DNA from: Octopus sinensis
Taxonomy: Eukaryota
DNA length: 64,000 bases
Direction: 5' to 3'
Assembly (NCBI RefSeq): GCF_006345805.1
Contig: NC_043000.1
Span: 33,108,001-33,172,000 of the forward strand
Of this stretch, positions 26,630 through 38,394 are shown one piece after another. A program made the position numbers and the translations under genes. Under the pieces are notes generated by a model. That model ran no database searches, was not told where the DNA came from, and worked only from the letters and a program-made list of their open reading frames with translations. Within the stretch, counting starts at the first letter, position 1. Each line of letters starts with the position of its first letter.

Positions 26630-26676
26630 ACATTTCTGATGAGACTACAGTAGTGGTTGAAAGCGCTTAAATATGT
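26630..26676 (+). ncRNA. Candidate minimal type-I hammerhead ribozyme
   Basis: ACATTT-CTGATGA-GACTAC(AGTA)GTGGTT-GAAA-GCGC-TT-AAATATGT: intact core, 6-bp stem II, palindromic stem III (AGCGCT), stem I with a 2-nt bulge. Confidence 0.6.
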
Positions 26677-27322
26677 AATTAAATATGTGATTTGAAGAAA
26701 TAATATGTGATATGTAAATAAATATATATATATTTATATACAATCATCCAGCATTCTGAATGCCTATTTCTCTCCTATATATATATAAACTTTAATCATA
26801 TATTATTTTTTATAATAATAATGTAGTCTTCAATTAGATACCATATTATAAAAATTATATAATTAAAGTTATTATTGAAAAATGACCTATGTGGTCGTTC
26901 TTCTTCTCCATAATTTAAACAGCCTTAGGGTTGTTTAAACATTTATAAATACACACACACACACACACACACAACACACACACACACCACACACACACAC
27001 TTATGTATGCATTGTATAAAGAACGCCAGCCAGGGGTCATGCCTTATTCAATTGTCGAGAAGCTAGATAGCCCTAACAACCTCTCTGACTTCGATAATGC
27101 CGCTCTCCCTCACGGTGCCAACCTCCATTGACGATATGATGAAATAATAAGATTCTTAAGGACCACACCATGCCCCCTTTTACACCCCGCTGCTCACCGT
27201 GTATGTTTTACTGACGATTTGTTCATTGATCTCCCTATTGGCCTTTCTCTCCATCATCAACTACCTTCCGCTTCCTCCTTCAGTTCACCAATCACCCTTC
27301 TGCTATCCATCTCAATTTCAAT

Positions 27323-27550
27323 ACCTATTTCTTTACTACCCACAAGGGGCTAAACACAGAGAGGACAAACAAGGACAGACAAACGGATTAAGTCGATTAT
27401 ATCGACCCCAGTGCGTTACTGGTACTTATTTAATTGACCCCCGAAAGGATGAAAGGCAAAGTCGACCTCGGCGGAATTTGAACTCCGAACGTAGCGGCAG
27501 ACGAAATACGGCTACGCATTTCGCCCGGCGTGCTAACGTTTCTGCCAGCC
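27323..27550 (-). mobile_element. tRNA-derived SINE (family 1)
   Basis: Near-identical to 26095-26320. Confidence 0.9.
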
Positions 27551-28432
27551 ACAATCTCACGAGATCCGAAGCCCAACAAGAAGCTACTTAAACAGCGTAA
27601 GTCATGCCCCACCCCGGGTGTTCGGCATCGCACCCTTTATCATTTTCGTCTCAGCTGTGTTTTTATACTGCATCTTTAAATCAGTAACGGCAGACGAAAT
27701 ACGGCTACGCATTAAATCAGTAACGGTTTCCTGATTAACATTCCGGGTAATCTGGGTTTATTAATTAATTTGACTTAAATTGATTATGTATCATCATTAC
27801 CGCCGCCACCACCACCACCACCACCTCTGTAAGCATCATTACTATCAACATCTCAACCACTAACCCGCCACCGCCACACTCATCCCCCATTACCCCCTTC
27901 TCCACATCACTCCACCACCATCTCCTCCTCTGCGAGCAATACTTCGACAACCAGTAACAACACTAACATTGCGACAACAATCACGACAACCGCTACTAGA
28001 TATACTAAAAGACTGGATGGTCACGAATGGAATGTCTTGACTTAGGTCTGCTTTAATGAGTTTTGGCTTTGCACAAATATTTTCCTAGAAGAATATTGAA
28101 TCCATCTCAATAGGATTTGAACCTGTAACCGAGGGAGACTCAACTCTGTTCATTTATTAATAGCGACAGTTATAATGCAGTTTCTTTGAAAATGGTATTA
28201 AATAGAAGACTAAGGGTTACCGAAAGCATAATCTGAATCGACATCAAAAGATGGCTGCTCTAGACCGAGGAAAGATGAAGGCGATCCGTATGAGATCTAA
28301 ACACGAAATAGTCAGAGATTAAAATAGGTAAAGTTGCTCTCCACCGCTTCTGCTATCAAACAGCAATTATTAACATTAATTACTTACATTATATACATTT
28401 GTCGGATATTTGTCCTCATCTTGTTTGTTGTT

Positions 28433-28478
28433 AACACAACGTTTCGGCTGATATACCCTCCAGCCTTCATCAGGTATC
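28433..28478 (-). ncRNA. Candidate minimal type-I hammerhead ribozyme
   Basis: Minus strand reads GATAC-CTGATGA-A-GGCTG(gagggtatat)CAGCC-GAAAC-GT-T-GTGTT. Stem I is GAUAC/GUGUU and stem III is the palindrome ACGT. Confidence 0.6.
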
Positions 28479-28525
28479 TTGGGGAAATTTCGAACCTGGG
28501 TTCTCATTCCTAAGGTATTTTTCGA

Positions 28526-28603
<78 letters not shown>

Positions 28604-28617
28604 CATTATTATTATTA

Positions 28618-28682
<65 letters not shown>

Positions 28683-29235
28683 GAGTGAGAGAGCAGTTCA
28701 TGCCATCAAAGTGACACTGGGGTAAAATATACGAAGCCCAATATACCCATCATGACTACCCGTCTGATAAAGGTACACCAGGCACATGCATCACAACCAT
28801 ATGTGCGCGACATGGTGATCTCATATCAAGATAAACAGCACATGACCTTGCAGGTGGGGCCCAGTTAGAATTTTCTTCAGGTTGAGTAGCCCATCCTGCT
28901 CAAAAGGTCCTTGAATAAGGGTTGCTTTAGGATGTTGAACGAAACACCTATGTTTCCAGAGGTGAACCATTCAAACTCCAAAGAATCCCTCTCAACACAT
29001 GGCCATGATGCTCCCCCACTACTTCTGCTCGTGATCAGAGATGCACGTATTGTCAGCCACTAAGGGACATGCTCAACTGGTTAAGGTCAAACAACTGACA
29101 AGCAAATCTGTGGTATTGAGCAGAATATTTGCTGTAGCCCATCTTTTATACCAAGACAAAACAATGTACATGATAACACTTCCAATCAGTTAAGATCAGA
29201 AGCCATGAGAGCCACTGCCTGGTACTGCATCAGGG

Positions 29236-29332
<97 letters not shown>

Positions 29333-29884
29333 GAGTGAGCGAGCAGAGCATGCCATCAAAGTGACACTGGGGTAAAATATACGAAGCCCAGTATACCCAT
29401 CATGACTACCCGTCTGATAAGGGTACACCAGGCACATGCATTACAACCATATGTGCGCGACATGGTGATCTCATATCAAGATAAACAGCACATGACCTTG
29501 CAGGTGGGGCCCAGTTAGAATTTTCTTCAGGTTGAGTAGCCCATCCTGCTCAAAAGGTCCTTGAATAAGGGTTGCTTTAGGATGTTGAACGAAACACCCA
29601 TGTTTCCAGAGGTGAACCATTCAAACTCAAAGAATCCCTCTCAACACATGGCCATGATGCTCCCCCACTACTTCTGCTCGTGATCAGAGATGCACGTATT
29701 GTCAGCCACTAAGGGACATGCTCAACTGGTTAAGGTCAAACAACTGACAAGCAAATCTGTGGTATTGAGCAGAATATTTGCTGTAGCCCATCTTTTATAC
29801 CAAGACAAAACAATGTACATGATAACACTTCCAATCAGTTAAGATCAGAAGCCATGAGAGCCACTGCCTGGTACTGCATCAGGG

Positions 29885-29923
<39 letters not shown>

Positions 29924-29953
29924 CATTATTATTATTATTATTATTTATTATTA

Positions 29954-29986
<33 letters not shown>

Positions 29987-30560
29987 CATTATTATTATTA
30001 TTATTGAGTGAGCGAGCAGAGCATGCCATCAAAGTGACACTGGGGTAAAATATACGAAGCCCAGTATACCCATCATGACTACCCGTCTGATAAGGGTACA
30101 CCAGGCACATGCATTACAGCCATATGTGCGCGACATGGTGATCTCATATCAAGATAAACAGCACATGACCTTGCAGGTGGGGCCCAGTTAGAATTTTCTT
30201 CAGATCGAGTAACCCATCCCGCTCAAAAGGTCCCTGAATAAGGGTTGTTTAAGGATGTTGAACGAAACACCCATGTTTCCAGAGGTGAATTATTCAAACC
30301 CCAAAGAATCCTTCTCAACACATGGCTATGATGCTCCCCCACTACTTCTGCTCGTGATCAGAGATGCACATATCGTCAGCCACTAAGGGACATGCTCAAC
30401 TGGTTAAGGTCAAACAACTAACAAGCAAATCTGTGGTATTGAGCAGAATATTTGCTGTAGCCCATCTTTTATACCAAGACAAAACAATGTACATGATAAC
30501 ACTTCCAATCAGTTAAGATCAGAAGCCATGAGAGCCACTGCCTGGTACTGCATCAGGGCA
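28683..30560. mobile_element. Three tandem copies of a roughly 555-bp non-coding element separated by (TTA)n
   Basis: Units at about 28683-29237, 29333-29886 and 30006-30560, each gagtgag...gcatcagggca and flanked by (TTA)n. Confidence 0.9.
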
Positions 30561-30569
30561 TTATTATTA

Positions 30570-30608
<39 letters not shown>

Positions 30609-30642
30609 ATTATTATTATTATTATTCAGGTCACTGCCTGGA

Positions 30643-30830
30643 CATATGGCGTAGTCAAGAGCGTGGGCTAATAACCCCTAGATTCCGAAAACAACATCGA
30701 AAAATACCTTAGGTATGAGAACCCAGGTTCGAAATTTCCCCAAGACACCTGATGAAGGCTGGAGGGTATATCAGCCGAAACAAGATGAGAACAAATATCC
30801 GTCAAATGTAAATAATGTAAATAATGTACA
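30643..30830 (+). mobile_element. tRNA-like head plus hammerhead-core element; inverted partner of 28375-28530
   Basis: A-box-like TGGCGTAGT and an anticodon-like hairpin, then a segment reverse-complementary to 28380-28528 with CTGATGA...GAAAC at 30749-30781 (stem III deleted). Confidence 0.6.
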
Positions 30831-31286
30831 TAATTCCTCATCTCTTAAATATAGAACTGTATTAATTACTTAATACTAGATAATAAAATTAATTCTATAC
30901 AACAATGATAATAGCTTTAAATATATGCAGAAATGTAGAAAAACAACACATGGTTGGTGAGTCCTTTCATTATTGGAACCATGGAAATTTAAACTAATTA
31001 AATTAATTAATCAAACAACTGTGGAACATTTGTTTACGTTTGAATCAAATACGTAACAATTAATTATCATAAATTAACTAATTATTTTCGAATGAACCAT
31101 ATCAGCTGTCTAATACATATGGCATTAGAGCCGTGGCTGCGTCGATGTGAGTTAATAACATTTAGTTTGAGCTCGATGTATTAACACAGTCATAGAGACA
31201 CTACAATAGATCACGCAGCTCACACAGCTTCCCGTTATTCCATTGCAGTCATTAATAATATCGAAATATATCAATGTTACACTTAC

Positions 31287-31872
31287 CGGAAGTGATGTGA
31301 CTGGATTTCCGTTTAGTGGGCATCGGCGAATCGTCTTCACCGTTGTTAATGTCAACATCTTTGTCACTGCCCGTTGAATCACGCGGTGATGGACTGGTTG
31401 AACATTCAACTTCCATACTTCCTCCATTCGTCGATGATCCGTTGCTGCAAACTTGCACCAGTTTCGGGTAGGAAAGTCCTGGTATGGGCAGGAAGTTGTT
31501 CGTATAAGCCGGATGTGGAAACAGAGCTGCTGTTGCAAGTCCAGCGGTTGGCGGTAGACCGGGGCCAGATGGATTTGAACCCGGACGGGCTGGTACATTT
31601 GAGGTAGAAGCTGCAGCAGCCGCCATAAAGCATTTCGGAGATTGTAGACTGAGGGATTGTTGGTTGAGACCGGAAGAAGGGGAATCACAATCTCCGCCAA
31701 CGAAAGCGTTGGCATTTCGAAGGATGCGGTTGATTGAGCTGACACTCGGTATTGATTGTTCATCACAGATTCGTTGAGCCAAAAGCCGATCACGGATTTC
31801 CCAGGCGAATATCGACGGGTTTTCTTGCTTAAAGTTCAAAATCTTACGAACAACCAGAGGTGTCGCCACTTG
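31287..31872 (-). CDS. Poxn: Poxn exon encoding the C-terminal part of the paired domain plus a Ser/Pro/Ala-rich region
   Basis: Acceptor attaaAG followed by [53 protein letters not shown]...KRKSSHITS. The extra Q before VATP matches Poxn. Donor GTAAGT at 31286. Length 586 nt (phase 0 in, phase 1 out). Confidence 0.93.
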
Positions 31873-32917
31873 CTTTAATGTTGAAATTTAAAAGAGAAAA
31901 AGAGTGAGATAGAAAAATTAAAATGTAGACATTATGAAAATATTGGACAATTTCAAAGACATAATTAATTAATAATGTTCTGTAATTATATTTGTAACAA
32001 AAATCAATGCAAATATAAACCTGTTTTATATGTTTCGGTCATTATAATCATTGATCATTTACAAGTCCAATACATACATACATACTTACAACACATATAT
32101 GTCTGCCTATATGTATATGAATGTGTGTGTGTGTGGAGTCACAAGCGATGTCATCGCCGAGAGACACAGACTTTGTCGTCGCCAGACACTGATGGACTAT
32201 CTACAATATTTCAGCTTATGTTCCTCGATACGAAAAAAAAAAAATCTATAACCTTCCGTCTCAATAAACCACTATTGTCACTGAAAGTTGCTTTTTATAT
32301 TTACAACGGATCACTTGAAGCTAACTTTCTTCCTACACCTCGATCCTACACACACACAAACATATAACCGCCATGTGTATCTCTTCGATTCTTTTCTCTT
32401 TATACTCTGTGAGACAAGACCTTGTTCTTGTAACCGATTTATTTCGTACATTTTTTTTGCTTTATATGAGGCATTTGTTTTTCATTTCCCGGTCATTTAA
32501 TGGAAATAAAACCATTTTCCAGGAACATCCCAGCTTTTAGTGCTTATTCCATTCTTCTCAGACAAAGCAACAAATATTTGTGTTCCATTTGCTAAACCTG
32601 GGTAGATGTGGCTTCTTTTGGGGTATCATTAAACTCAAAACTCGTTGTAGGGCTGTAGTATGATAGCTGTGTGCGTTTCTAATCAGGATCTATTTTGATA
32701 AATTAACTAAGGTAGACTTGAGCAACATATGATGTTGTGGTTGTACGAAACAACATATTGAAATTTATAGTAAACTGAACGGAAACGAAGTTTACAAGCC
32801 CTTATTAGGATTGATTAATTAATCAATTTATCAATTAATTAAATATATGTAACTTATGAAAAGAAAGCAATTTCAGAAGTTATGAAAGCGATCATCATCA
32901 TTATTATAATTATATAA

Positions 32918-33135
32918 AAGGTGGCGAGGTTCAGGATTGTTAGTACGCCGGACAAAATGCTTAGTGACATTTCGTCCGTCTTTACATTCTGAGCTCAAAT
33001 GCAACCGAAGTCGACTTTGCCTTTCATCTTTCAAGAGCGATAAAATAAGTACCAGTTGAATACTGGGGTCGATGTAATCGACTTGCCCCTTCACAAAAAA
33101 TACAGTCTTTGTGGCTACAGTAGTAAGAATTATTA
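32918..33135 (+). mobile_element. Degenerate SINE (family 1) in the intron within the paired domain
   Basis: gtcgactttgcctttcatc...taaaataagtaccagt core and an (ATT) tail. Confidence 0.8.
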
Positions 33136-33962
33136 TAATGAAATTCTTAATTAATATAATTATTAAAGAAATTATTCACATAATTAGGCGTAGTGTTAAT
33201 CAATTTAAACTGATTAACCGAATAGTTTATTTCCTTATGTTACAGCTAGTAGAACCGTATGGTCTCATGTTAATTAAGCACACAGGTTTCATTTGTATAT
33301 ATCAGAAATATACAGTGTGGTGCAGAAAAACTTCCACACTTTACAAGACCTTTGGTGAGACATTGGTGACGTTAGGCTGGTCGGGGCAATGGGGGTCTCT
33401 CAACGTCTTCTTTATTTCCCTCACTCATCATGGTCTGGTGCACATGGTCTGGTGCATATGGTCTGGTTGCTCGTGAAACTTTTATCAAGATGGGTGAATC
33501 CGGGAAGCTTCATTTTTCCGCACTTTGTATGTGTACACGACACGCACATACAATTAAGGTAACCTTATATCAATCATATAACGATATTAGAACATTATAA
33601 CACCAGGTTTACAATGTAATAACATTAATACACGAAACAGGAGCGCTGACTTCTCCAGTCGGTTGGTCACGTGGTAGTTTATTGTCTGGGCTGCCTCCTC
33701 CCACGCCTCCCCACGCAATCTCTCTTTGGTTCTTCTTTTACGCTGTTTCGATTTCTGACCACATGCATGCTCTCTCTCATAACACATGCCTCCGATTTTC
33801 ATATATTGCGCAAGAGATAAATGGACAGACAGACAGGCAGACAGACAGACAGACTGACAGACAGACAGGTAGAAAGATAGTTAGACAAATAGACAGACAT
33901 ACAGACATACTGACAGATAGATATATAGGTAGATAGATAGACAAATAGACAGACAAACAGAC

Positions 33963-34004
<42 letters not shown>

Positions 34005-34033
34005 GTATGTATGTATGTATGTAGGTAGGTAGG

Positions 34034-34112
<79 letters not shown>

Positions 34113-34126
34113 GTATACAGACAGAC

Positions 34127-34203
<77 letters not shown>

Positions 34204-34651
34204 TTGATCTTTGTAATGATATTCAATTGTCGATGAACCCTCGTCGTCTCTATGTTAGGTTTAAAGAGAAAACTGTGTTCCTCTTCCTCCCACCCTGAGG
34301 TTGATATTAGTTAAGATTAGGGAAAACGGTCAGCGCAGGGAGAAGGAAGATGGAGGGAAGCGGGAAACGATCTTTAAAAGAGAGAGAGAGATATCATAGG
34401 ATTATGCCGAAGTGGAGGGAAGGATGGGGGAGGTGGGTTAAAGAAGGAAAGAAGGGAAAGTAAGTGAAGAAGGAGGAAAGGAAAAGAAAGAATGAAAGAA
34501 AGAAAGATTTAAAGAATTAGAGAAAAAGAGAATTAAAGAATGAAAGAAAGAAAGAAAGGAAGAAAGAGAGAGAAAGAAAGAGAGAGAGAAAGAAAGATTC
34601 ATTGGAAAGAATGTCGGAAACTATACTCACAAAACTGATATTTACCCTCAC

Positions 34652-34872
34652 CTTCGGCTTACTGCCACCAATAGAACCAGGCTTGATGGAACCTGTCTCG
34701 TAAAATCTCGTCAGTATCTTACTAACACAGCCGTGTGAGACGAGAAGTTGCCGCGAGATGTCACATGGCCGTACGCCCATCTGTGCTAACTCCACTATTC
34801 GTCGTCTGATGTGATCGGGAAGAGGTCGACCATTGACAAAGACACCGCCCAACTGGTTCACACCCGTCTGAC
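34652..34872 (-). CDS. Poxn: Pox neuro-class paired-box gene, exon encoding the N-terminal part of the paired domain
   Basis: Translates (G)[73 protein letters not shown]. Acceptor ttttacAG at 34873-34874 (phase 1) and donor GTGAGG starting at 34651 (phase 0). RQLLVSH and ILTRFYETG are Poxn-type residues. Confidence 0.95.
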
Positions 34873-37128
34873 CTGTAAAAGCGAACAGAAATAAAAGAAA
34901 CCGTTTCAAAAGGGGAAAGAAAAGAAAACGTATCGATATTTTTTTAATGATGTTGACTGGTCGAAGGGTGGGTCCCGTGGGTCAGGGGAACTGGAGGGAG
35001 GAAAGGGAATCAGGGAATACGTATCAGGAATAAGTTATTCTGCGATTGGAGTTTGGCTCAGATATCTATACTCCATCTGGTGGAATTATTGATCTCACCA
35101 AAAGACCAATTGTAGCCATGGATTAAGGTCGTCCTTCAGGTTTCATCAGCCCAATCTCAGTCGCTAGGCGAGATCGACTCCAGGATATTGTAGAAGGAAC
35201 TTTCCTGGGGTCACTGCAGCGCAGTGAGATCGAAACCTGAACTACATGATTGGAAAGCGAATATCTTCATCGTATTTTGATCGTGTGGCCATATTAGCGT
35301 TGGTGTTTCTGCTGCTGTTTGTTTGTTTGTTGAGCGTAGCGGTCTTCGTCCCATTAGTGGGAGAAGTCCAAAACATGGTTCTTTGCTATTCGTAAGACCT
35401 GCAGAAGAGAAAGCAGGTCAACCCCCGACACCGAGAGCATCGACGGATGGATGAATGCGCATCCAGGCTCAGCGAAGTCGGGGATGCTGCTGCTGTTGTT
35501 GCTGTAGTAGTATAGAATTGAAATAGAAGAAATTTGGGTGCGTTGCCTGGAGATATTGGGTCTTAATTAAAGTGATATCTCGAAACGGGATAGTTTTCTG
35601 CATCATGTCATTGTTTCCAAGTGTGTTTGGTTAAGGCAACATTAACACGTGGCAGCCGTGTCTCCCTAGCGCTATGGAAATGTTATAATTTACCACTGTG
35701 ACATTTATGTACAATGAGGTGGAAGATGTTATAATTGTCTGCCGTAGAGAGATGGCAGCAATAAGCAGTAATATCTCAATGTTATGACTGCTTTTTGTAA
35801 AGAATGGCAACTGTGACCACAAAATCGTCGCTCGGTTGGACACCACCACCTGGCTGCACCTTAAGCGGTTTTAGTAGAGTCCACCGTATTGCAAGCATTT
35901 CGGGTCGAGTTTCTAGTATGAGTGCAACTCCCTCCTCCTCCTCCTCCTAAAAGGCTCTGTAATCGCCGATGGGTACTGGCTTCGTCCTGAGTCCTTCGAC
36001 CAAACATTCATCGATGGTTTTCGTTTGGTTTAATAACAGGTGCAATGTTGTTGTTCTTGATGTTGTTTAGGTGCAGGTCAGCTCTGGTCGGGCAAAATTA
36101 TAATCAAAGAAACTGCAACCATGATCATTCCGTTTAGTATGTCTTTTTAAGCACAATGAGTCTAGCATTGCTTTATCGCCGTCCAATAAAATCTTAGAAT
36201 GTGATCTGAGAGAGATTTAGCTGCTATTTCTAGCACCCCCAGCTTATCACCTACAATGTTAGGAAATGAACTTAGATCGATAAATCAATATTCTTATCAA
36301 TATGAAAGCCCCAAAATTATCCCCCAACATCTCTGTATTGGCTTCTTGTTTTTGTTTTTGTTTTTTCCTTACAATCAGCCAATGTAGGATATTGTTTTAA
36401 TTGAAGAGAAAAGAAGACGGCGGCAGAAAATAGAGATCGAATTGTAAATTGTTGACTCTAGACAGAAACTTGTTGAAGGCTGAAAAAAATGCGAAACGAA
36501 ATACTAAACTGAAGAAAGAACATCAGTCGAAGTTCTGCTTTGTGTTTTAATGTTTCGAGGTTAGGGCCCTTTCTTCATGGGGAGAGGAGAGATGGAATAA
36601 ATCGTTTCTCATGTACGTGGGACAAGATTGTGACATTTCTCCATGTCCTGAGGAAAGGGTCATGTCCTGAGGTCATGTCCTGAGGAAAGGGTCATAACAC
36701 CGAGATATCGAAATGCAAGGTAAAACGTCTACGTGTTGTTATCTCCTCACTTTCCTGGTTCAATTCATCTTGCATTTCGCATCATTTCGGCCTTCAAACA
36801 ATTTTTTTTACTAGGGTTAAATCAGTTGAGTGTAGACACGTGTCCATGTGTTGATTTGAGCCATTCCAATAAATCAGTATCAAAGGATACACAGGGAGGC
36901 GGAGTCGATGTTTGGTTACATCTTTTTGAGTTCAAAATACGCCGAGGTCAGTTTTCTATTTCTTCCTTCCAGAGTCAATTTAAAAAGTCCTAAACAAATC
37001 ATGGAGTCACTTTAATAGGTTTTATACTCTTGGACATTGGGTCCATGTTTTTATGTTTAGAGATCAGAACTGGAAAGGTTCGAGCATATTGCGTCTGTCC
37101 AAGAGGAACATCAATTATATCAATCACA

Positions 37129-37680
37129 CATGAAAACATCTCTTGCTTCTTGACATGACATGAAAACACCCCTTGCTTCTTGACATGACATGAAAACACC
37201 CCTTCTTGACATGCCATGAAAATACCCCTTGCTTCTTGACATGACATGAAAACATCCCTTGCTTCTTGACATTACATGAAAACACCCCTTCTTTCTTGAC
37301 ATGACATGACAACACCCCTTGCTTCTTGACATGACATGAAAACATCCCTTGCTTCTTGACATGACATGAAAACACCCCTTGCTTCTTGACATGACATGAA
37401 AAAACCCCTTCCTCCTTGACATTACATGAAAACATCCCTTGCTTCTTGACATTACATGAAAACACCCCTTCCTTCTTGACATGACATGAAAACACCCCTT
37501 TTTGACATGACATGAAAACAGCCCTTGCTTCTTGACATGACATGAAAACAGCCCTTGCTTCTTGACATTACATGAAAACACCCCTTCCTTCATGACATTA
37601 CATGAAAACAGCCCTTGCTTCTTGACATTACATGAAAACACTCCTTCCTTCTTGACATGATATGAAAAAAAAACCCTTCC
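37129..37680. repeat. Minisatellite with a unit of about 30 bp, roughly 18 copies
   Basis: Consensus catgaaaacaccccttgcttcttgacatga. Confidence 0.95.
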
Positions 37681-38394
37681 TTGGAGAACTTGCCATGGAC
37701 ATTTTATGTTTTTCGTGCTTGATCGTTAGTGCTAAAAAGAAAGCAATGGCAGTAGCGGTAGAGAGCAAATGGCCCAGTTACTTCATTTGTGGAAGAAAAT
37801 CCACTCTGGTGGGGAAGGTGGGGGTCTGTTCTGAAGAACTAGTAACAAGAGAGCAGATGAAGACGGTCGTTGTATTAGAAGTTGTCACACTGGTTACAGC
37901 TTCAGGAGTCATTGGAAAATCTGGTACGCCTTAGGTTCTAGAAGCGAATGATGAGGTTTTTCCCCAGCAACTGATGACATTTTTAGAGATGAAAGATGAC
38001 ACCTACGCCTAGAAAGTAGCGACCAGACAACCCCATCCATGAGTAAAAGTAGCCGTAGCAACCGTCTCTATGTTATCTAATTAGGAAGCGAGAAGAACAA
38101 AAATGCCGGAGAGAATGCGGAAAGTAAAAACAACAAAAATGAAGAAAGCAAGAAATCTCCCTTAAATGCCTCGTCCACTGACTGTCCGAAGAGAGAAGGG
38201 ATACGATCGGAAATGAGACCTTGGAAACATTACATTTGAAGTAGTCGACTCGATGACATCAGAATGGTCATGGCTGGAATGCCAGCCGAACGATGATCAA
38301 ACTGATACTGAAGAAAGAAAAAAAAAAACAGGCGTGTATCGTGGAAGTATGGATCTATGGATCACACATTGATGGGAAAGCGGATAACGGTATA

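Noticed and set aside
28683-29237. Hammerhead or HDV-like ribozyme within the 555-bp unit
   Set aside because: CTGAAGA and CTGACGA occur on the minus strand but without a stem II-GAAA. A tentative P2 pairing lacks the HDV L3/P1.1 consensus.
30643-30690. Functional tRNA gene (also considered for the SINE heads)
   Set aside because: The cloverleaf is incomplete and embedded in repeats, so these are tRNA-derived heads only.
31152-31793. 213-aa overlapping alternative-frame ORF
   Set aside because: A shadow frame of the Poxn exon with no recognisable domain.
37120-37641. CRISPR-like array or repeat protein (CHVKKQG repeats)
   Set aside because: Contiguous tandem units without unique spacers, no cas genes, and a eukaryotic context. 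It is a minisatellite.
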